DNA of 64,000 nucleotides from Turneriella sp. (GCA_965279515.1 CBDIID010000003.1:1696001-1760000); one strand, 5' to 3'. Numbered from the stretch's first letter, positions 8,802-18,247 are shown. Translations and numbers: made by a program. The notes: generated from the letters alone by a model not told the origin.

Positions 8802-11309
8802 ATGCAAAATAAATCCGAAGCAACGTTATTTGGTTTGGGTCATGGCGAAGCCATGAGGCGCCTCGAACAAGATGGCCCGAATGAATTGCCACAAGGTGAG
8901 AGCAGGCGCTTTGGCCGGATTTTATTGGAAATTGTTAGCGAACCAATGGTTTTTCTGCTCATTGGATGCGGGGCGATATATTTTTTTCTGGGTGATCCGC
9001 AAGAAGCAGCGATGCTGTTGACATTTCTCGTCCTGATTCTTGGAATTACAATATATCAGGAGCAGAAAGCCGAAAATGCGTTGGCAGCTTTGCGGGACCT
9101 ATCGAGTCCACGCGCCCTCGTCATTCGTGAGGGACAAAAGCAACGCATTGCCGGGCGCGATTTAGTCCGGGATGACATCATCATACTCAACGAGGGCGAT
9201 AAGGTGCCCGCCGATGCAGAGACACTGGCGGCGCAGAATCTAACGGTGGATGAATCGCTTTTGACAGGGGAATCCGTACCCGTGAACAAGATTCAAGCAG
9301 AGGGCAGCGCGCCGCCGGTAGTTTACGCGGGTACGACAATCGTGCGAGGCTCGGGCATCGGCAAGGTCATTGCGACGGGTGTTCGGTCAGAGCTTGGCAA
9401 AATTGGCAAAGCCATCAATACCAGCGTGAGCGAGCAAACTCGGCTGCAAGCCGAAGCGAAACGCATGGTCAACATCATCGCGATAGCAGCAGGACTTCTC
9501 TGCGCCTCCGTGATATTGGTATTTGCACTAACAAGAAGCGACTGGTTAGGGGGCTTGCTTGCCGGTCTGACGCTTGCGATGGCGATCTTGCCCAATGAGT
9601 TGCCTGCCGTATTGACCATTTTTCTCGCTCTCGGCGCGTGGCGGTTATCGCGAAATCGTGTGCTGACCCGCAAGAGTCCGGTCATTGAAGCATTGGGAGC
9701 TGCCACCGTCCTCTGTGTTGACAAAACGGGAACACTGACTCAAAATCGCATGACGGTGCGCAGACTTTGGACCGTCAACGGCGGCCACAATTTCAAAGAA
9801 GATAATACCTCATCACTACCAGAAGAATTCCATGAAATTATTGAATACGGCATTCTTGCCGGTGAGAAAGAACCTTATGACCCGATGGATAAGGCATTCC
9901 AGAATGTGGGCCGCCAATTTTTAGTCGAAACGGAACATCTTCATCCTTCATGGACATTGGTGCAGCAATATCCGTTAACGCCGAATCTTTTGGCCTTATC
10001 GCACGCGTGGCAAACAGTAGATGGTCGGACATTACCCGTTGCCGCGAAAGGAGCACCTGAGGCCATCGTCGATTTATGCCATATGACCGACGCAGACCGG
10101 AAAACCATTTCGATGCAGGTGAAAGAGATGGGCAATGCAGGTTTGCGGGTGCTGGGCATCGCCAAAGCAAAAATCGATAACGCCGTATTGCCCGAAAAAC
10201 AGCACGATTTTGATTTTGAGTTTTTGGGCCTCGTCGGATTGCAAGATCCCATAAGAGCAGAAGTACCACGTGCCATAGCAGAATGCCATTCAGCCGGTAT
10301 TCGCGTGATAATGATCACGGGTGACCATCCTGACACGGCGAAGAGCATCGGCCGGGAAATTAATCTGGCGAATCCGGACGGTGTCATAACGGGCGAAGAA
10401 ATGCGCAATTTGTCCGACGCAGAGCTCAAAAGACAACTCGCAACAATCAGCGTCTGCGCGCGAGTGGTGCCAGAACAGAAATTGCGGCTTATTCAATTAC
10501 TGAAAGAGATGGGTGAGGTAGTCGCGATGACCGGTGACGGAGTCAATGATGCACCGGCCTTGCGAAACGCTCATATCGGGATTGCTATGGGGTCCCGGGG
10601 TACTGATGTTGCACGCGAATCGGCTTCTTTAGTCCTTCTGGACGACGATTTCGGTTCAATCGTCGCAGCGGTTAAGCATGGTCGGCGTATATTCGAGAAT
10701 CTTGGACATGCAACTGCGTATTTGCTTGCTGTACACATCCCCATCACGGGAATTTCCGTAATTCCAATTTTCTTCAATCTGCCTCTGGTCTTACTGCCAA
10801 TCCATATTGCATTTCTTCATCTGATCATCGAACCTGCATGTTCCATCGCGTTTGAAGCCGAGCCTGAATCGGCAGATATTATGAGTCGACGACCGAGGGG
10901 GCTGACAGAAAAATTGTTTTCCAGGAAAAGACTTCTGCCCGTTCTGTGGATTGGTCTGAGCCTATTGGCGGTACTCCTTGTGGTATTCCTGATTAGCCTC
11001 CACCGCGGTCTGGGCGAAGTAGAAGCACGCACTCTCACTTTTTCGACGCTCGTTCTGGCTAATGTCGGCTTGCTCAATGCCCAAAGGGCGAAAAAAGGCG
11101 CAGAGAAAAATGGCATGTTCCTGATTCTTTCTTTGGGCAGCGTAGCTTTTCTGGGAGTAGTGCTGTTTGTACCTTATCTGCAAATTCTCTTCAAATTCTC
11201 AATCCTTCATGCGATTGATATCGCCATTTGCGTTGGGGCAAGCGTCTTTTCGACAATATGTTTTTTTGCCGCTACTCGTTGGATACCCAATAGTCAGAAC
11301 ACAACATAG
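8802..11309 (+). CDS. cation-translocating P-type ATPase (type II-like)
   Basis: TGES, DKTGTLT, KGAPE, MITGD, TGDGVNDAPAL; TM4 motif PNEL. Confidence 0.95.
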   Translation: MQNKSEATLFGLGHGEAMRRLEQDGPNELPQGESRRFGRILLEIVSEPMVFLLIGCGAIYFFLGDPQEAAMLLTFLVLILGITIYQEQKAENALAALRDLSSPRALVIREGQKQRIAGRDLVRDDIIILNEGDKVPADAETLAAQNLTVDESLLTGESVPVNKIQAEGSAPPVVYAGTTIVRGSGIGKVIATGVRSELGKIGKAINTSVSEQTRLQAEAKRMVNIIAIAAGLLCASVILVFALTRSDWLGGLLAGLTLAMAILPNELPAVLTIFLALGAWRLSRNRVLTRKSPVIEALGAATVLCVDKTGTLTQNRMTVRRLWTVNGGHNFKEDNTSSLPEEFHEIIEYGILAGEKEPYDPMDKAFQNVGRQFLVETEHLHPSWTLVQQYPLTPNLLALSHAWQTVDGRTLPVAAKGAPEAIVDLCHMTDADRKTISMQVKEMGNAGLRVLGIAKAKIDNAVLPEKQHDFDFEFLGLVGLQDPIRAEVPRAIAECHSAGIRVIMITGDHPDTAKSIGREINLANPDGVITGEEMRNLSDAELKRQLATISVCARVVPEQKLRLIQLLKEMGEVVAMTGDGVNDAPALRNAHIGIAMGSRGTDVARESASLVLLDDDFGSIVAAVKHGRRIFENLGHATAYLLAVHIPITGISVIPIFFNLPLVLLPIHIAFLHLIIEPACSIAFEAEPESADIMSRRPRGLTEKLFSRKRLLPVLWIGLSLLAVLLVVFLISLHRGLGEVEARTLTFSTLVLANVGLLNAQRAKKGAEKNGMFLILSLGSVAFLGVVLFVPYLQILFKFSILHAIDIAICVGASVFSTICFFAATRWIPNSQNTT

Positions 11310-11329
11310 AATTTTGATAGGATTCCCGG

Positions 11330-12067
11330 ATGCCTAAAATACCCAAAACATTTCCCTACGCTGACTGGCTAAATGCCCGCCTGCCGAGCGGTCTGTGGCC
11401 TACAGCCATCGAGAGTATCCGGCGCTGGTTTCTGCTTGCGCTGGCTCTCTCCTTCGTAGGTCTTTTTCTCAAATTCGCTCACAACGTTCTATATGACGCT
11501 GACGATCGCAGTTGGATTGAGAATTGGGATAACATTATTCTTCTCATTATCGCAAAATTTCGTTCCATAACCCTGACCGCCATCATGATTGATATCACAG
11601 CACTCGGTTCAGTCACCCTGATTGCTATGATTGCCACCGTATTCTTCGTGGCCTTCTACCTGCTTCGAGATTTCTCAGGCATATTCCAATTGGCTCTTGC
11701 CGCGGTGGGTGCAGGCTTCTGGACTTGGATTTTCAAAGACTTTGCCGAACGTCCTCGACCAATGATTGTCCCGCAACTCGTGTACGTTTCGGGTTATTCG
11801 TTTCCCAGCGGCCATTCGTTGGCCGCGGCAGCCCTCTACTTCACATTTGCCACGATGGCCGCAAAGCATTTCAGATCCTGGAAACATGCCTTAGCCCTAC
11901 AGGTCTTGGCTGCACTTGTCATTTCATTTGTGGCTTTTTCGCGAGTGTATCTCGGCGTTCATTACCCCAGTGACGTTGTAAGCGGTGCATTGTTCGGCAC
12001 GGCCTGGGCATATTTTGTGGCAGGGGCAATAGCGCTTAAAGGGACAAAGAAATCAGCAGATCAATGA
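11330..12067 (+). CDS. PAP2-family phosphatase
   Basis: K...RPRP, SFPSGH, SRVYLGVHYPSDV. Confidence 0.92.
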   Translation: MPKIPKTFPYADWLNARLPSGLWPTAIESIRRWFLLALALSFVGLFLKFAHNVLYDADDRSWIENWDNIILLIIAKFRSITLTAIMIDITALGSVTLIAMIATVFFVAFYLLRDFSGIFQLALAAVGAGFWTWIFKDFAERPRPMIVPQLVYVSGYSFPSGHSLAAAALYFTFATMAAKHFRSWKHALALQVLAALVISFVAFSRVYLGVHYPSDVVSGALFGTAWAYFVAGAIALKGTKKSADQ

Positions 12068-12110
12068 GTTAGGTAATAGTTAGACAAATTCTTAAGTCTA
12101 TGAACTGGAG

Positions 12111-12130
12111 CGCTGGCATGGATGCCAGCG
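12111..12130. repeat. REP-like hairpin CGCTGGC-ATGGAT-GCCAGCG
   Basis: Perfect stem, same loop class, preceded by GAG. Confidence 0.6.
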
Positions 12131-12193
12131 GATAACATAGCGCAACAATGGCAGACACCGCCTCTTACACGAACACCCCGACCGGGCCGCGGC

Positions 12194-12946
12194 CTACTTA
12201 GCTAAACGGATCAATTCGCCAAAACTATCGGCCTTCAGACTCGCCCCGCCTACCAGTGCGCCGTCGACGTCTGCTTTCGCCATGATTGCCGCAATGTTGT
12301 CGGGCTTTACCGAGCCACCGTAGAGGATGCGCACTTTCGGCGCGATATCGGGATTGAGTTCTGCTACCCGCGTGCGGATCGCCGCATGCATGTTTTGCGC
12401 ATCTTCGGGTGTCGCATTTTTGCCCGTGCCGATCGCCCAGACCGGTTCATAAGCAATCGCAATCTTGCGCCATTCGTCTGAATTCAGATGTCCCAGCGCC
12501 GCGTTGAGCTGGCCCAAGACAACTGCCTCGGCCTTGCCGGCCTCGCGCTCAGAGAGCGTCTCGCCGACGCAGAGCATTGCCATGAGCCCCTGCTCAAGCA
12601 CACGCGTCACCTTCTGTTTCAGAAATTCATCCGTCTCTTTGAGAACATGGCGGCGCTCTGAGTGGCCGATAAGAACATAACCCGCACCGGCGTCCTTGAT
12701 TTGCCCGGCAGAAATCTCACCGGTGAACGCGCCTTCTTTTTCGGCTGAACAGTTTTGCGCGCCCAGACCGACTTTAGAACCCGCAAGTACAGACGCAACC
12801 TGCGTCAGCTGCAGAAATGTCGGATAGAGTAAAACATCGCGGTCATGAAACTTACCCGCAGCGTCTTTCACTGCTTTTGCCAGGCCAACGGCATCAGCGA
12901 GATTCAGATTCATCTTCCAGTTACCGGCAATCAGGGGTGTGCGCAT
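12194..12946 (-). CDS. tpiA: triosephosphate isomerase
   Basis: IAGNWKMN, GHSERR, AYEPVWAIGTG, YGGSV, LVGGASL. Confidence 0.98.
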   Translation of the reverse strand: MRTPLIAGNWKMNLNLADAVGLAKAVKDAAGKFHDRDVLLYPTFLQLTQVASVLAGSKVGLGAQNCSAEKEGAFTGEISAGQIKDAGAGYVLIGHSERRHVLKETDEFLKQKVTRVLEQGLMAMLCVGETLSEREAGKAEAVVLGQLNAALGHLNSDEWRKIAIAYEPVWAIGTGKNATPEDAQNMHAAIRTRVAELNPDIAPKVRILYGGSVKPDNIAAIMAKADVDGALVGGASLKADSFGELIRLAK

Positions 12947-12978
12947 GGAGTTAAGTGTTTTACGTCCTAACCACGTAA

Positions 12979-14685
12979 ATGAAAAAATTACCGATGCGTA
13001 CTTTTGCAGAGGCGCTGGCCCTCGCTGAAACGTGGACAAAGCCGCCGTTTAACGATGAGACCCGCACCGCCGTCGGCGGCCTCTTACAACTACCCGAAAC
13101 CGAAAGAGAAACAGCCATTATGGACCGCTTCGGCTATGACCTGAGCTTCGGCACAGCCGGCATGCGTGCGCTCATGGACATCGGCACCGCGCGCACGAAC
13201 GAATATACCATCGCCCGTGTCACGGCAGCCGTTGCACAGGTGCTCAAAGCCGCAGCAAAGGGGAAATCCCCCTCGGTTGTCGTGGGCTTTGACGGCCGCA
13301 AAGATTCGCAGAAATTTGCCCGCGTCACACAACTGAAGCTGCTTGAGGCCGGGGTGGATGTCTTTGCGTTCGACCGCATCTTGCCGACGCCGCTGATTCC
13401 TTTCGCCGTGCGCCGGCTCAAGGCCGATTGCGGCGTCATGATTACCTCGAGCCATAACGCCGCGCCATATAACGGTTATAAGGTCTATGCCGCGAACGGC
13501 GCGCAGATTCTGTCGCCCTTCGATACCGACGTCATGGCCGCGATGGAAAAAATCCCCTATGCGGGCCCGCAGGAAAAAGCCGCGACCGCGGGCAAGATGA
13601 CAGTGCTCGATGAAACACTGCTGCGCGACTATGTCGCCTGGGTGACGAGCGAAGTCGATTTTGCACCGGCACCAAGCCGGGCACTCAAAATTGTTTTCAC
13701 GCCGCTGCATGGTGCAGCCGGCGCGGTGATGAATGCGGTGTTCTACCGTTCGGGCTTCAAAAATTTTCTGCCGGTGCCACAACAATATGAACCGCATCCC
13801 TCCTTCCCCACCGTCAAAGCGCCGAACCCAGAGAATAAAGACAGCCTTGATATGGCGATTGAAAAGGCCAAGGCCGACGACGCCGACCTGATTCTCGCCA
13901 CCGACGGCGACGGCGACCGTGTCGGTGTTGCCTATAAAAAAGGCGGCAGCTATATCTCGCTCACCGGCAACCAGATTGGCACCCTCTTCCTTTATTACCT
14001 GCTCTCGAAACAGCGGGAGAAAAAGGCCGACCTTTCGAAGGCCATCGCGCTTTCGAGCCTCGTCTCCACTCCGCTCACGCGCGTGATCTGCGAGAAGTTT
14101 GGCATCCGCCATTTTGAAACCCTCACGGGCTTTAAAAATATGGGCAACAAAGCCGACGCGCTCATCACGGCCGACCCGCAGACGCACATGGTACTGGCCT
14201 TCGAAGAAGCCTTCGGCGTCACCGTCGGCGATTCACGCGACAAAGATGGCGTGATCAGCTGCTTGCTAGGCGCTCACATTTCGGCGGATGGCGGCATCGA
14301 GCATTGGCTCAACAAAATGTACGACGAATGCGGGTATGCCGCCGAAGACGCCGTCGAGAAGGAATTCCCCGGCGCCGAAGGCATCGCGGCGATGAGCGCC
14401 CTTGTCGAGAAACTCAGGCAGAACCCACTCAAAGAATTTCTGGGTTCGCCCGTCGTTTCCCTGCGCGATTTTAAGAGTGGGATGGAAATCCGCGAAGGCA
14501 AACAAATACCGATTCAGGATATTCCGGCACAGAACCTTCTTTATTACACCAACGCCGCGGGTGACTGGTTCGCGATTCGTCCTTCGGGTACAGAACCCAA
14601 GGTCAAAGCCTATGTCGGCATACGGCAAAAATCGGAGGAGCGGCTCACGGCGCTCTGCCATTTCGCAGCAGGCCTATTAGAGTAG
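12979..14685 (+). CDS. phosphoglucomutase/phosphomannomutase
   Basis: FGTAGMR, TSSHN phosphoserine, DGDGDR, TGFK, RPSGTEPK; true start may be ATG 12994. Confidence 0.93.
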   Translation: MKKLPMRTFAEALALAETWTKPPFNDETRTAVGGLLQLPETERETAIMDRFGYDLSFGTAGMRALMDIGTARTNEYTIARVTAAVAQVLKAAAKGKSPSVVVGFDGRKDSQKFARVTQLKLLEAGVDVFAFDRILPTPLIPFAVRRLKADCGVMITSSHNAAPYNGYKVYAANGAQILSPFDTDVMAAMEKIPYAGPQEKAATAGKMTVLDETLLRDYVAWVTSEVDFAPAPSRALKIVFTPLHGAAGAVMNAVFYRSGFKNFLPVPQQYEPHPSFPTVKAPNPENKDSLDMAIEKAKADDADLILATDGDGDRVGVAYKKGGSYISLTGNQIGTLFLYYLLSKQREKKADLSKAIALSSLVSTPLTRVICEKFGIRHFETLTGFKNMGNKADALITADPQTHMVLAFEEAFGVTVGDSRDKDGVISCLLGAHISADGGIEHWLNKMYDECGYAAEDAVEKEFPGAEGIAAMSALVEKLRQNPLKEFLGSPVVSLRDFKSGMEIREGKQIPIQDIPAQNLLYYTNAAGDWFAIRPSGTEPKVKAYVGIRQKSEERLTALCHFAAGLLE

Positions 14686-14760
14686 CACCTCCATGTGCCT
14701 GAGTCCGCAACACGGATGACGTCCTGTCAGTTGCGTACTAAAGCACCTCCATGTGCCTGA
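14684..14760. repeat. 19-bp direct repeat AGCACCTCCATGTGCCTGA (14684-14702, 14742-14760) flanking a 39-bp palindromic spacer
   Basis: Exact duplication read from sequence; second copy contains the ATG of the next gene. Confidence 0.85.
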
Positions 14761-15524
14761 TCATTCTCTCTTTTAACCAGCATCCGGATTTTCCGCTGGT
14801 ACTCGCCGCAAACCGCGATGAGTTTTATGCGCGCCCCACTGCCCCGCTCGATTGGTGGCAGGATAACCCCGCCATTCTCGCGGGGCGCGACCTGACAGCG
14901 GGAGGCACATGGCTCGGTGTCAACAAACAAGGTAAGTTCGCGGCGGTAACCAACTATCGAGAACCGGGCCAGGAAGCGAAAAACAAAAAATCACGCGGCC
15001 TTTTAGTGCAAAATTTCCTGGAATCCGGTGACGCGGCGGCGTATTCGAAAAAACTTTCTGAAACCGGTAACGAGTATAACGGTTTTAACCTGTTGTTCGG
15101 CGATGCGCACCAGGCTTATTATTTCAGCAATCGTTCCGGAAAAGAGGCCGTCGCCGTGCAGGCGGGTCTTTATGGCCTTTCAAACCATCTCCTCGATACG
15201 CCCTGGCCGAAAGTCAGAAAAGCAAAAGCCCGATTCCCCGAACTCGATCCATCCGACAACAAACTGGTATTTACTTTTCTTGCCGACCGGGCCGCTGCTG
15301 CGGACAGTGAAGTGCAGCAGACAGGATTACCTCCGGCGACCGAAAAAGCGCTGTCGCCGATGTTTATCCAGATCGAACGCACCGGCATGCGGCCCGATGG
15401 CGACGATGGTTATGGCACAAGGGTTTCAAGCTTACTGCGCATCGGCAAAGGCGGCCATGCGGCGCTGGCGGAGCGCACGTACCAGCACGGAAAATTCGAT
15501 GCCGATCGGGAATTTACTTTTTAG
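14751..15524 (+). CDS. NRDE/TANGO2 family protein
   Basis: MCLI, ANRDEFYARP, AGGTWLG, SRG, LSNHLLDTPWPK, YGTR. Confidence 0.95.
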   Translation: MCLIILSFNQHPDFPLVLAANRDEFYARPTAPLDWWQDNPAILAGRDLTAGGTWLGVNKQGKFAAVTNYREPGQEAKNKKSRGLLVQNFLESGDAAAYSKKLSETGNEYNGFNLLFGDAHQAYYFSNRSGKEAVAVQAGLYGLSNHLLDTPWPKVRKAKARFPELDPSDNKLVFTFLADRAAAADSEVQQTGLPPATEKALSPMFIQIERTGMRPDGDDGYGTRVSSLLRIGKGGHAALAERTYQHGKFDADREFTF

Positions 15525-15548
15525 AACCTCCCTCCCCACTTGCGGGGA

Positions 15549-16361
15549 CTACGAGGCAATCGGCATGCCGAGCTCTTTGAGTTTATCAGCTGCCATATAA
15601 TAGTTATCTTTCGCATCGGGATGAAAACCCGGGGTAAAATATTCGACGTTGTGGCGGATGAGCGCAGGCAAGAGGCCGCCGGAAATCTCAGGCAGTGTCT
15701 TCAGATCGTTCCAGACGCGTTCCAGGGTGAGTTCCTTGTCACCCGCCATAAACCAGACCGTACCGATCGCAGTATAAACCGTGAGCAGGGCCGACGCAAC
15801 GACCATGCCGCTGGCGCGCAGCGGATAGTTCGCATCGATCGCCTGCAGCATATCGAATGCGACCGACTTATGCTCGATTTCTTCGGCCGCATGCCAGCCC
15901 ATCATGTCGGCAACTTCTTTCTGCATGGTTTGCAGCAGCCTCTCGCCGGGTGTGAAAGCAGTTTCCGCGAGGGCGGCGGTATAATGCTCGAAGCCGACGG
16001 TTGCAGAGAGCAAAAACTTTTTGCCCAGCAGCTTTTCGACCAGCGGCTCCATGGCATCGATCGCGGTCTCCTGGAAAAATTTCGCAAAACTATCGACGGG
16101 TAATCCCAGCTCGCGTAGCCGCGCCCAGAACTGGCGGTGCACCTGGTCGTGCACGCTTTCTTGTCCCAGAAACTTCTTGAGTTCGCCCTTTTGCTCGGCG
16201 GGGGCCTGTTCAAGCATGCCGCGCACCGCGCGGATGAAGAACACCTCGCCGATCGGCACGAGCACGTGCAGGGCATTCATGATGTGGGTTGCAACGGCGT
16301 TATTGCCGTAATAGTAGCGCTCTACTCGAGAGAAGTCAAAGGTCGGTCTGCGGACTTGCAT
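15549..16361 (-). CDS. predicted metal-dependent hydrolase (ferritin-like di-iron motifs)
   Basis: P.GE.FF, GQESVH, EHYTA, WHAAEEIEHKSVAFD, PGFHP. Confidence 0.9.
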   Translation of the reverse strand: MQVRRPTFDFSRVERYYYGNNAVATHIMNALHVLVPIGEVFFIRAVRGMLEQAPAEQKGELKKFLGQESVHDQVHRQFWARLRELGLPVDSFAKFFQETAIDAMEPLVEKLLGKKFLLSATVGFEHYTAALAETAFTPGERLLQTMQKEVADMMGWHAAEEIEHKSVAFDMLQAIDANYPLRASGMVVASALLTVYTAIGTVWFMAGDKELTLERVWNDLKTLPEISGGLLPALIRHNVEYFTPGFHPDAKDNYYMAADKLKELGMPIAS

Positions 16362-16381
16362 AGGCCAAACCTGCAAAATAA

Positions 16382-16396
16382 TGACAGCGGTGTCAA
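16382..16396 (-). promoter_or_regulatory. TTGACA -35 box overlapped by palindrome TGACA-N4-TGTCA
   Basis: Perfect -35 hexamer starting 35 nt before ATG 16361; perfect 5-bp inverted repeat. Confidence 0.55.
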
Positions 16397-16430
16397 GTTT
16401 ATTTTGAACCCTTGTTCACTTTTGCAAGGG

Positions 16431-17354
16431 TTATTTTAAGAATTTCAGCGCATCCGCAACGGTTTCAGCGGGTATTTCTTCATGCGGCACATGCCCGGCA
16501 TTTTCATAGATCACTGTCTGCGGCAAAAGCAGCTTCTTACGGAAAATCTCTTGCTGCTCGATGGGAATCCAGCGGTCGTGGCGCCCCCACATAATGAGCG
16601 TCGGGCTGCCAATCTTCCTCAAAAGCGTTCCGTCGCCCTCCGCCAGCTGCAGCGCGCGATCGACAAATGCCTCGCGGTTACCCGCGCGCAGCGTCATGGT
16701 AAAATAACGATCGATCAAAGCGTCGGTCACCTTCGATGCATCAAAATAAACTTCCTTGAGACTGCGCTTCACGAGAAAGCGCGGGCTGATATATTTGGCC
16801 GCGCTACTGAGCACGGGTTTGCGCGCAAGCCTGATCGGCAGGGGGATCTCCCCCATGCGCGGCAGACCTGCACTGTCGATGAGTATGAGTTTGAAGACGT
16901 CGTCGGGATGCGCGGCCGCATAACGCCAGGCAATGTGGCCGCCCAAAGAATTGCCCACGAGATTCACCTGCTTGATGCCGAGCGCGGCGAAAAAGTTTTC
17001 GAGAAATTTCACATAACTTTCGATGGAATAATTGCGGTCTGCCGCGGGGCCCGTGAGACCAAATGCCGGTAGATCCATGCGAATAACGCGGAACGATTTT
17101 TTGAGTTCGGGCACCCAGCCCTGCCAGGTATGCAGGCTAGCCGCCGTGCCATGGACCAGCACCACCGTCTCTTTTTTGTCCTTGGTTTTGCCCTCGTCGG
17201 TGTAGTGGACGCGCAGCCCCTTAATATCGATGAACTGCGATTCAGGAAGTTTGTATTTGTTTTCGACTTCGACTGCGGGAATGTCGAAATGCACCTGCAG
17301 GCCGATCGTGACGACCAGCGCTGCAAGCACACCAAGGGCAATCTTTTTTTTCAC
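16431..17354 (-). CDS. membrane-anchored alpha/beta hydrolase (lipase/esterase)
   Basis: HGT, DLPAFG, GNSLGG nucleophile, WGRHD, GHVPHEE; GTG start. Confidence 0.9.
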   Translation of the reverse strand: MKKKIALGVLAALVVTIGLQVHFDIPAVEVENKYKLPESQFIDIKGLRVHYTDEGKTKDKKETVVLVHGTAASLHTWQGWVPELKKSFRVIRMDLPAFGLTGPAADRNYSIESYVKFLENFFAALGIKQVNLVGNSLGGHIAWRYAAAHPDDVFKLILIDSAGLPRMGEIPLPIRLARKPVLSSAAKYISPRFLVKRSLKEVYFDASKVTDALIDRYFTMTLRAGNREAFVDRALQLAEGDGTLLRKIGSPTLIMWGRHDRWIPIEQQEIFRKKLLLPQTVIYENAGHVPHEEIPAETVADALKFLK

Positions 17355-17357
17355 GAC

Positions 17358-17675
17358 TTAGAGGCCGGGAAACGATGTGACATACTTGATCTTCACATCG
17401 GGAAACGAAGTCACAAACTGCACCTTGATATCGGCAAACGAAGTGGTCTCCTGCCATTTGCCGCAGGAATCAGGGAATGACGTCACCTTCTGCACTTTGA
17501 GATCGGGAAATGAATCGACGATCTGCACCTTGATATCGGGGAATGACGTGACGATCTGCACTTTACCATAAAGCTTTTTGCCTTTGAATGTGCAATCGCT
17601 GCCCACCGACCCGGCAGACAGCGAAAAAAAACCGGCAAGCGCTGCGCCGAGAGTAAAAATTAATATCTTTTTCAT
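17358..17675 (-). CDS. small secreted protein of six 11-aa KVQxVxSFPD repeats
   Basis: Signal peptide, repeats visible in protein and DNA, two Cys. Confidence 0.85.
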   Translation of the reverse strand: MKKILIFTLGAALAGFFSLSAGSVGSDCTFKGKKLYGKVQIVTSFPDIKVQIVDSFPDLKVQKVTSFPDSCGKWQETTSFADIKVQFVTSFPDVKIKYVTSFPGL

Positions 17676-18247
17676 TTATCTTCCTTTTTATATGTCATAT
17701 AATAAAAAATCTTTTCAGGACCGTAGATTTCGATGCCGTATTCGTCTTCAAAATCCTTTTCACGATAAACATAGGCCGGCAGTTTGTTCTCCAGGGAATA
17801 CTTAGTGAACATCGGATAAACCTTCATGACCCCAGCTACCATGGAAAACATACCGCGGAACGGGAACACTGTCTGCAGATATTCGCGGCGCTCTATGGTT
17901 TTTGTTTTCAGTACTGCATGTCCCTTGAGTTTTTCGAGCTGTTCGGGTTTCAAAACGGCAATCGCATCGCTGCGGCAACGGTCTTCACCGGCGATGGCAG
18001 GCATATCGTAATAGATGCCGCCGACGCGGTAGTCTTTGATACCCGCTGCTTCGATTTCTTTGTTCAGTTTCTTTAGGACATCCCCGATTTTTTTATAAGA
18101 ACCGACATGGCGAATATATGCAACATGGAAGGGACCCGCTTCAGCACGTACAATCGGCGCTGGTGAGGAAAACCCGCCGTAATAGGCCCAGAGTAAAGTG
18201 AGGCCCGCGGCAACAGCCGCGAGCACCAGGATAAGTTTCTTAAGCAC
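17672..18247 (-). CDS. membrane-anchored GyrI-like domain protein
   Basis: N-terminal TM, HVGSY, GIYYD.P, CRSD, KVYP, IEIY. Confidence 0.7.
   Translation of the reverse strand: MLKKLILVLAAVAAGLTLLWAYYGGFSSPAPIVRAEAGPFHVAYIRHVGSYKKIGDVLKKLNKEIEAAGIKDYRVGGIYYDMPAIAGEDRCRSDAIAVLKPEQLEKLKGHAVLKTKTIERREYLQTVFPFRGMFSMVAGVMKVYPMFTKYSLENKLPAYVYREKDFEDEYGIEIYGPEKIFYYMTYKKEDK

Noticed and set aside
13090..14187. Long antisense ORF of 365 aa, and similar ones at 22073-22927, 26326-27000, 29341-30060 and 54686-55450
   Set aside because: Shadows of better-supported genes on the opposite strand; no recognisable motifs
14684..14760. Possible mini CRISPR array
   Set aside because: Only two 19-bp repeats, the spacer is itself palindromic, one repeat is coding and there are no cas genes
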